Assembly (NCBI GenBank): GCA_964652095.1
Contig: CAZZAC010000002.1
Span: 1-60,152, forward strand
Length of the DNA stretch: 60,152 nt
Direction: 5' to 3'
Origin: an uncultured Dehalococcoidales bacterium
Lineage (GTDB): Bacteria > Chloroflexota > Dehalococcoidia > GIF9 > AB-539-J10
The notes below the pieces were generated by a model. That model saw only the letters and a list, made by a program, of their open reading frames with translations. It made no database searches and had not been told where the DNA came from. Positions 54,350 to 60,152 of this stretch are shown in pieces (position 1 is the first letter of the stretch; every line of letters starts with the position of its first letter). The position numbers and the translations under genes are program-made.

Positions 54350-55720
54350 CTAGGAATCCTCTAGGCTATTGATGGTGTACTTTACTAGTTCTGAAAGGGC
54401 AGGGTGAATGTGAATTCCCTGTTCGAGCTCCTCCATACCGCCACCGGATGTCATTGCGTTGACAACTTCTTGAATGAGCTCTGGTGCGTACGGCCCTATG
54501 ATATGAAAACCAAGTATTCTGTTGCTACCTTTCTCCACTATTGCCTTAGCGAAACCCTCCTTTTCCATCATGGCCTCGCCCTTGGCAATATCGAAGTATT
54601 TCATCCTACCGATGAGAACATCATGGCCTTCCCTAGCCTGCACCTCCGTCATGCCTACCGACGCAACCTGAGGATGTGAGTACACCGCGTGAGGAACGGC
54701 GCTGTAGTCAACCTTGATATTCGTGCCATAGAAGGCATTCTGCGCAACGATTTCAGCTTCCCTGTTAGCCATATGCCTGAACATCTGCTGGCCGTTGGCA
54801 TCCCCAATAGCGAAAATACCCCTCCGATTCGTCTCGAGGTATTCGTTGACCTTGACAAAGCCCTTCTTGTCTGTCTCCACTCCGGTATTTTCTACTTTTA
54901 ATATATCTGCGTTAGACCTTCTACCCACAGCCATCATAATCCTTTGTGCAGCAAATTCCCTGCGCTTGCCGGAATTAGTATCCTTTGCAATAACCACAAC
55001 ACCATGCTCGCTTTGTTTTACTTCCTCTACCAAGGCATTTGTATGGACTCCCATGCGCTTGCTCAACTCATTCCCCAGGAGTGCAGAGATTTCGGGGTCC
55101 TCGGATAGAACCAACCTGTCAGCCATCTCGAGAATGGCAACTTCAGTGCCCATAGCCGCAAAGAAATGCCCGAATTCTACAGCGATATAGCCACCACCAA
55201 TGATGATGAGGCTGTCCGGTTTTTCTTTTAGCTCCAGCACCGATTCGTTGGTAAGGTAGTCTACATTTTCCGAGCCTTTAATCGGAGGTATGAACGGTCG
55301 CGATCCGGATGCAATGAAAATCCTTTCCCCTTTAAGTTTCTCTCCATTGACCTCAAGCAGGTAGTCACCCACGAAATATCCTTCACCTTCATAAAAATCC
55401 AGGTTCTTAGACTGCTTGATACCCTTTCTAATATGAACCTGACTTTCCTGTCTGCTCTTTCTCATCCTCTCCATTATTGATTTAAAATCTACGTTCTTTA
55501 TCTCCGCTTCAATACCCAGCTTCTTCCCTTCCTCAATTTCTACAATGCGGTCGGCTGTGTAAATCAGCATTTTGGATGGTATACAACCCCAGTTGAGGCA
55601 AGTTCCGCCTATTAATGGTCCCTTGTCTATGAGTGCTGCCTTTAGACCTTGCGCTGCGGCTTCTTCCGAAATGATTGCTCCAGCCCCCGAGCCGATGACT
55701 ATAACGTCGTAACTCTTCAA
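54350..55720 (-). CDS. Pyridine nucleotide-disulfide oxidoreductase (dihydrolipoyl dehydrogenase family)
   Basis: GSGAGA FAD fold, redox-active GGTCLNWGCIPSK, and a C-terminal dimerisation domain with HIHPALSE. Confidence 0.75.
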   Translation of the reverse strand: MKSYDVIVIGSGAGAIISEEAAAQGLKAALIDKGPLIGGTCLNWGCIPSKMLIYTADRIVEIEEGKKLGIEAEIKNVDFKSIMERMRKSRQESQVHIRKGIKQSKNLDFYEGEGYFVGDYLLEVNGEKLKGERIFIASGSRPFIPPIKGSENVDYLTNESVLELKEKPDSLIIIGGGYIAVEFGHFFAAMGTEVAILEMADRLVLSEDPEISALLGNELSKRMGVHTNALVEEVKQSEHGVVVIAKDTNSGKRREFAAQRIMMAVGRRSNADILKVENTGVETDKKGFVKVNEYLETNRRGIFAIGDANGQQMFRHMANREAEIVAQNAFYGTNIKVDYSAVPHAVYSHPQVASVGMTEVQAREGHDVLIGRMKYFDIAKGEAMMEKEGFAKAIVEKGSNRILGFHIIGPYAPELIQEVVNAMTSGGGMEELEQGIHIHPALSELVKYTINSLEDS

Positions 55721-55831
55721 TGTTGATCACCTCCTTCTCCGTGTTTATCACTTTTGCGTTTACACGGTCTAAACCACTTGTCAATATAACTGTCTCTCTC
55801 GTGATAAGAGGGTTAGGTTGGAGTCATTTTA

Positions 55832-56896
55832 TCACGTCAATTCGATCACCGTTTTGATATTATCTGGATCGGGATCAAGCCCATCCCTGAACTTATGCAG
55901 TGTAAGCCGTCGAGTAATTAGTCTTGCTAGCCAGCCAGGCCATTTCTTTTCTATACAAAGCAGTGACTCGACTGATCTTTCAAAATGGCTACGGTTAGAA
56001 CTGACGGTGCCGAATACTGTCTTATTACCCAACACCATCTGCATGTTTAAACACGAAGCATCAACCTCAAGCGGCTTCTGGCCGGTCGATACTCCCATCA
56101 GGCATAAAATCCCGTTTGTCCCCAGGGCACTCATCGCCTGGAAGGCGACAGTACTATTGCCGGTAACTTCCATAATCAGATCAAGATTCCCAATCTTATG
56201 TGGTAAACTCACGACCGGTGACTCATTTCCGTCGACGTAATTGGCACCGATGCTTTCGACAAGTTGTGCCTTCACACTTGATCTAGGCACTACATCAAGA
56301 GTGTATATATTGTAATCATGAAGCTTTAGCAGTGCCGTCGTCAGCAGGCCTAATGGTCCCGCCCCAAGCACCACGGCGATGTTAATTGAATTGGCACTTC
56401 GATTATGAAATCCTATAGCCTTTTCTATTCCCTTTGTAGCAATGCTTGTTGGTTCGGTAAGCACAGCGATATTTCGTAGTTCTTCGGGAACCGGCACCAA
56501 GAAAGCTGCATCTTCAGCAAGATACTCTCTCAGAAATCCATGCGCACCCTTTATGCCACATTCTTGGTAGTTACCCTTAAGGCACATATCAGGCTGGCCT
56601 CTCCGACAGTCAACACAGTCGTCGGGACGCCTGACCATCGGCACTACAAATTCGCCCTTGCCCAACTCCGTTGTACCAGGATTCTCAATCTGACCGAGAG
56701 CTTCGTGCCCCCAGACAATGAAGTCATTGTCTGGGGGTGGTTCTCCGTATTCACCCCGGTTGATCTCTATATCGGTACCATCAATCCCCAATTCAAGCAG
56801 TCTGACCAAGACCTGACCGCCTGAAATGGCTGGCATATCCATTTCAATCAATCTAGCACTGTCTTTTTGCCCTGGTGTTACTACCCCAGCTCTCAT
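55832..56896 (-). CDS. Zn-dependent medium-chain dehydrogenase, glucose 1-dehydrogenase-like
   Basis: GIDGTDIEI..G.YG and WGHEALG resemble archaeal-type glucose dehydrogenases. A GAGPLG Rossmann fold is present. Confidence 0.6.
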   Translation of the reverse strand: MRAGVVTPGQKDSARLIEMDMPAISGGQVLVRLLELGIDGTDIEINRGEYGEPPPDNDFIVWGHEALGQIENPGTTELGKGEFVVPMVRRPDDCVDCRRGQPDMCLKGNYQECGIKGAHGFLREYLAEDAAFLVPVPEELRNIAVLTEPTSIATKGIEKAIGFHNRSANSINIAVVLGAGPLGLLTTALLKLHDYNIYTLDVVPRSSVKAQLVESIGANYVDGNESPVVSLPHKIGNLDLIMEVTGNSTVAFQAMSALGTNGILCLMGVSTGQKPLEVDASCLNMQMVLGNKTVFGTVSSNRSHFERSVESLLCIEKKWPGWLARLITRRLTLHKFRDGLDPDPDNIKTVIELT

Positions 56897-56919
56897 TCTT
56901 CACCTCCCTCTCTTTTCTT

Positions 56920-58713
56920 TTATATCGCCTGTGTTAACTCCAGTCCTGTAATAATAACCGCCAGATGAGTCAAAGCCTGTGGGAAATTACCCAAGGCCTC
57001 TCCTGTAACAGGGTTGACTATTTCAGAAAAAAGACCTAAATGATTACCATAGCCGAGCAGTCTTTCGTAAAGCTCAACGGCATCCTCAAGTTTTCCCAAC
57101 CTAAGTAAGTTGCGAACTAACCAGAATGTGCACCACAGAAATGCGCCTTCAGAACCTTTCAGCCCATCGTCAGTCTCATCAGTTCTGTACCTGCGTAGGA
57201 GGCCATTCCAGCTGAGTTCATCAGTAGCATGGTTGATAGTAGATTTGATCCGCTTATCAGAGACGGGCAAGAAGCCGAAAAGAGGTATTAATAGAGCACT
57301 GGCGTCTAGAGCTTCCGTATCATAGTGCTGGGTAAAGGTCTCCTTCTTTGGGTTCCAGCCCTTAGTCAGAATGTCACTGCGTATATCCTCGGCAGCCTGA
57401 CGCCAGTAACCGACCTTCTCGTTTCGCTCGAGACTCTGGGCCAGTTTTATTCCCCTATCTACAGCTACCCAGCACATGACTTTAGAGTGAACAAAATGGA
57501 ACGGACCTCCCCTTACTTCCCAGATGCCACTGTCTGGTTCTGGCCATAGTTCACAGGCAGCATCAACAAATGTCTCCAGTAGTTTCCAGTCCTTACTACT
57601 TATGTAGCCGCCGATTTTTACATAGTTGTACGCTGCTTCGAGCACTTCGCCAAAGATATCCAGCTGGCGCTGGTTATAAGCACCATTACCGATTCGTACC
57701 GGCCGGGACCTACGGTAGCCTTCCAAGTGATCTAGAGTTCGTTCATCAAGAGGATCCCCAAAATCGATATCGTATAGAATCTGTGCTTTAGGGCCACATC
57801 TTTCGCATACGTTGAGTAACCATTTCATGAAGCCGATAGCTTCTTCTTTGTGTCCCAGCGAAGAAAAAGCATTGAGGGTAAGAGAGGCATCACGGAGCCA
57901 TGTAAAGCGGTAGTCCCAGTTTCTTTCGCCACCGATTTCTTCAGGGAGGGAGGTGGTTGGAGCGGCGACGATTGCTCCTGTCAGCGAGTATACCAGCAGG
58001 TGTAGGGCCAGGTAAGAGCGCACTATATAATATCGATATGGACCCGAATAAACACAGCCCTCTGCCTGTTGCTGCCAGTATCCCTTTGTTTGAGAAAGCT
58101 TGATCAGTGAGTTCTTTATAACACCGGTGAGCGGTTTATCCGAACCATACCTTAATACGAAGACAACTTTCTCTCCACGCTGCAGGTTAACAGTTGCCGT
58201 GGCTTGGTCTCCGAGATCTTTGAATGGGACGGACGACGATAGTGATACAGGAGCTCCGCCACCTGTGACCACTACACCATACTGTGCGACAGTTAGCGAG
58301 GGATCAACTGTAGCATATCCTGGTTTGGGCTTAAATGTGACCGTGAGCTCGACTTGCCCGTCAGTGCACTCTGCCATACGATGGATTTCATTGAATTGTA
58401 CGTGTTTGCCATCCGTCCTTTCGTAGCAGGGCATGAAGTCCGTTAACGTCACTGTACCAGTGTCAGTTTGAAAAACCGTCTGCAACACGTTGGTTTCACC
58501 CAAATAAGATTGACTGGATTCGAAGTGCAAGCTCGGTTTTATGCCAAACCTTCCACCTTTCTCATCGTCAAGAATGGCGGCAAATATGCTGGGCGAATCA
58601 AACCTGGGAAGACAGCACCAGTCAATGGAACCATCCCTGGCTACCAGGGCTGCTGAAACCATGTTCCCAATGATGCCGTAGTCACTAATCGGTTTATAGA
58701 CCAAACCTGACAC
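56920..58713 (-). CDS. Glycoside hydrolase family 15 (glucoamylase/trehalase-type)
   Basis: The N-terminal ISDYGIIGNMVSAALVARDGSIDWCCLPRFDSPSIFAAILD is typical of GH15. 597 aa. Confidence 0.8.
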   Translation of the reverse strand: MSGLVYKPISDYGIIGNMVSAALVARDGSIDWCCLPRFDSPSIFAAILDDEKGGRFGIKPSLHFESSQSYLGETNVLQTVFQTDTGTVTLTDFMPCYERTDGKHVQFNEIHRMAECTDGQVELTVTFKPKPGYATVDPSLTVAQYGVVVTGGGAPVSLSSSVPFKDLGDQATATVNLQRGEKVVFVLRYGSDKPLTGVIKNSLIKLSQTKGYWQQQAEGCVYSGPYRYYIVRSYLALHLLVYSLTGAIVAAPTTSLPEEIGGERNWDYRFTWLRDASLTLNAFSSLGHKEEAIGFMKWLLNVCERCGPKAQILYDIDFGDPLDERTLDHLEGYRRSRPVRIGNGAYNQRQLDIFGEVLEAAYNYVKIGGYISSKDWKLLETFVDAACELWPEPDSGIWEVRGGPFHFVHSKVMCWVAVDRGIKLAQSLERNEKVGYWRQAAEDIRSDILTKGWNPKKETFTQHYDTEALDASALLIPLFGFLPVSDKRIKSTINHATDELSWNGLLRRYRTDETDDGLKGSEGAFLWCTFWLVRNLLRLGKLEDAVELYERLLGYGNHLGLFSEIVNPVTGEALGNFPQALTHLAVIITGLELTQAI

Positions 58714-58783
58714 GCTCCTTCATTTCTCTTACTTGATCTTATTGCCATAGCTACATAGACTTAAGGCCTTGTTCCTGTATCGA

Positions 58784-59746
58784 CTATTCGCGAATAAAAT
58801 CGCTGATCTGTCCCTGGCGACGCTCTCGCACGGTTGCCGGATCATGTCCGTACTTGTGTCCTCCAAATCCGTGCCGCATCATCGCTATTGCCCGTGCCCA
58901 AAACTTATCATCGTCGCGCGAGGAGATAAGCTGCATAACAGCCTGTGCAATGACCGGCACAGGAACCTCCATGTGCATGGCATCGTCCACCAGCCAGTTC
59001 ACTTCACCAGTGTCGTCGACATAGGCAGGTATCTTGTCTAATCCGTCCTCTTCTCGATATGCCGCTTCCATAAGGTCTATGAGCCAGGAACGGATAACAG
59101 ACCCGTGGCGCCAGCATCGCAGTATCTCTTTGATATCGAGTTTTTCCCTGTAGTGCTCAAGAAGGTCAACACCTTCACCAATTGCCTGGAGCATACCGAA
59201 CTCTATTCCGTTATGGACAAGCTTGGTGAAATGGCCTGCTCCAGGCGGTCCAGCATGAACGTATCCCCTTGGTGTAGCAAGCTCGATCAGGATTGGTTCG
59301 ATTCGGGCTATTGGCTCCATGTCACCACCGGCCATAAAGCAAGCACCATGGCGGGCACCTTCCACACCACCGCTTGTCCCGAGGTCAACGAAGTTGATTC
59401 CCTTTTCAGATAGACTTCGATGGCGGCGTATTGAGTCGCCCCAGTAGGAGTTACCCGCATCGACAATAATGTCACCCTTATCTACATGTGGAACAATATC
59501 GTCGATAACACTGTCGACAGCCGGTCCAGCAGGAACGTAGATGAATAAGGGTCGAGCTGGCGATAACTTGTCGCGAAAACCATCGAGACTATTAGCCTCT
59601 ACCATGCCGGCCTTTTTTAATTCGTCAGACACACTTTTGAGATCAAAACCCACGACGCGCATGCCCTTCTCCAAGGCTTGAAGTGAAAGATTCGCTCCCA
59701 TGCGGCCAAGGCCAACAACACCGAACTCCCTTTTTGCATCTGCCAT
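58784..59746 (-). CDS. gnd: 6-phosphogluconate dehydrogenase (decarboxylating, short form)
   Basis: GVVGLGRMGANL, the NSYW motif and HNGIEFGMLQAIGEG are present. About 320 aa, typical of Gnd-like YqeC-type enzymes. Confidence 0.8.
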   Translation of the reverse strand: MADAKREFGVVGLGRMGANLSLQALEKGMRVVGFDLKSVSDELKKAGMVEANSLDGFRDKLSPARPLFIYVPAGPAVDSVIDDIVPHVDKGDIIVDAGNSYWGDSIRRHRSLSEKGINFVDLGTSGGVEGARHGACFMAGGDMEPIARIEPILIELATPRGYVHAGPPGAGHFTKLVHNGIEFGMLQAIGEGVDLLEHYREKLDIKEILRCWRHGSVIRSWLIDLMEAAYREEDGLDKIPAYVDDTGEVNWLVDDAMHMEVPVPVIAQAVMQLISSRDDDKFWARAIAMMRHGFGGHKYGHDPATVRERRQGQISDFIRE

Positions 59747-59789
59747 GTCATTCTCCTTTATTCAGGATTGATTTGCGTGTTATTAATGC

Positions 59790-60062
59790 TTAATTGCTTA
59801 CCATGGATTTTATAATAGCACGAGCAGGAGCGCCATCTCTTCCAACAATTCTCAGTGGTAAACATATGAGGTTGTATTTGCCAGGCGTTGCATCTGATAG
59901 GTTCAGTCCTTCAATAGTCCATATACCACTACTGAGAAGTGTCTTATGTACATAGGGTCCGCCATGCTTGAAACTCCCGACAGACAGATAATCAGCGCCA
60001 ATCAACTGTATGCCCCGATTCGCAATGTATTCTGTGGAAATAATACCTGATTTGTAGTAGGC
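59790..60062 (-). pseudogene. C-terminal fragment of a cyclase-family (arylformamidase-like) gene, truncated at repeat L
   Basis: ...IQLIGADYLSVGS...IEGLNLSDATPGKYNLICLPLRIVGRDGAPARAI resembles the last third of PF04199 cyclases. The frame runs upstream into repeat L and is closed by the TAG of its central palindrome (60063-60065). Confidence 0.45.
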
Positions 60063-60089
60063 CTAATTGGTATGGTGTCCCTGGAAATC
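60026..60089 (+). repeat. 64-nt hairpin repeat (family 1), copy L
   Basis: tgtattctgtggaaataatacctgatttgtagtaggcctaattggtatggtgtccctggaaatc. Confidence 0.9.
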
Positions 60090-60152
60090 CTGATACTTTA
60101 CACCTTTGTCAGAGTGTTTTTTCTCGCCTTTCTCAAGTGAGTGGGCTCTTTG

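Noticed and set aside
36711-60089. Family-1 repeats as integron attC sites (a CALIN-like cassette array): same orientation, imperfect inverted repeats, one per gene block.
   Set aside because: There are no R''/R' core sites (RYYYAAC ... GTTRRRY) at the hairpin base. The consensus contains no AAC/GTT at its ends, and the only GCCTAA/TTAGGC-like sequence is a single central palindrome in the loop. The 'cassettes' are 0.7-5.7 kb, multi-gene, on both strands, and include housekeeping genes (mutS2, gnd). No intI gene lies in the window.
36711-60089. A CRISPR array formed by the 64-nt repeats.
   Set aside because: The repeats are separated by 0.35-5.7 kb of protein-coding DNA, not by short uniform spacers. 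No cas genes are present.
1-60152. tRNA, rRNA or tmRNA genes.
   Set aside because: I found no T-loop-like GGTTCGA(A/G)TCC motifs in intergenic regions, and no rRNA-like stretches by eye. Absence should be confirmed with tRNAscan-SE and Infernal.

Overview
This is a bacterial chromosomal segment of about 50% GC. The gene content suggests Chloroflexota, possibly Dehalococcoidia-like: an acVLRF1-type release factor, a DivIVA-domain protein, serpins and a PF09826-type beta-propeller. The taxon is inference only.

The first 36.7 kb is ordinary. It holds:
- a DnaD-like gene and an unusual Zn-ribbon protein with two tandem DnaC-like AAA+ modules;
- a MerR / coiled-coil / DivIVA operon;
- an ECF sigma / membrane beta-propeller / two-serpin operon;
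- an acyl-CoA and acetoacetate cluster with a frameshifted TetR;
- msrBA, dnaE and argJ-argB-argD-argG.

The last 23.4 kb differs. I count twelve copies of a 64-nt imperfect hairpin repeat, all on the + strand, sitting at gene boundaries. The consensus is GGTATTCTGGGGACATAATACC-TGATTTGTAGTAGGCCTAATT-GGTATGGTGTCCCTGGAATTC. Some copies supply stop codons or C-terminal codons, and one abuts a truncated gene.

Two pairs of these repeats bound a 484-bp unit present twice, about 4.07 kb apart. Each unit carries an extended -10 promoter, a palindromic operator-like site and a candidate structured RNA of about 150 nt ending in a U-tract.

The same half contains a mutS2 / Vms1-like peptidyl-tRNA hydrolase operon, which may be a bacterial ribosome quality control module, and a GH15 / glucose dehydrogenase / gnd sugar cluster.

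A second small repeat family and a MITE-like insert flank the arg genes. No tRNA, rRNA or CRISPR array was seen.
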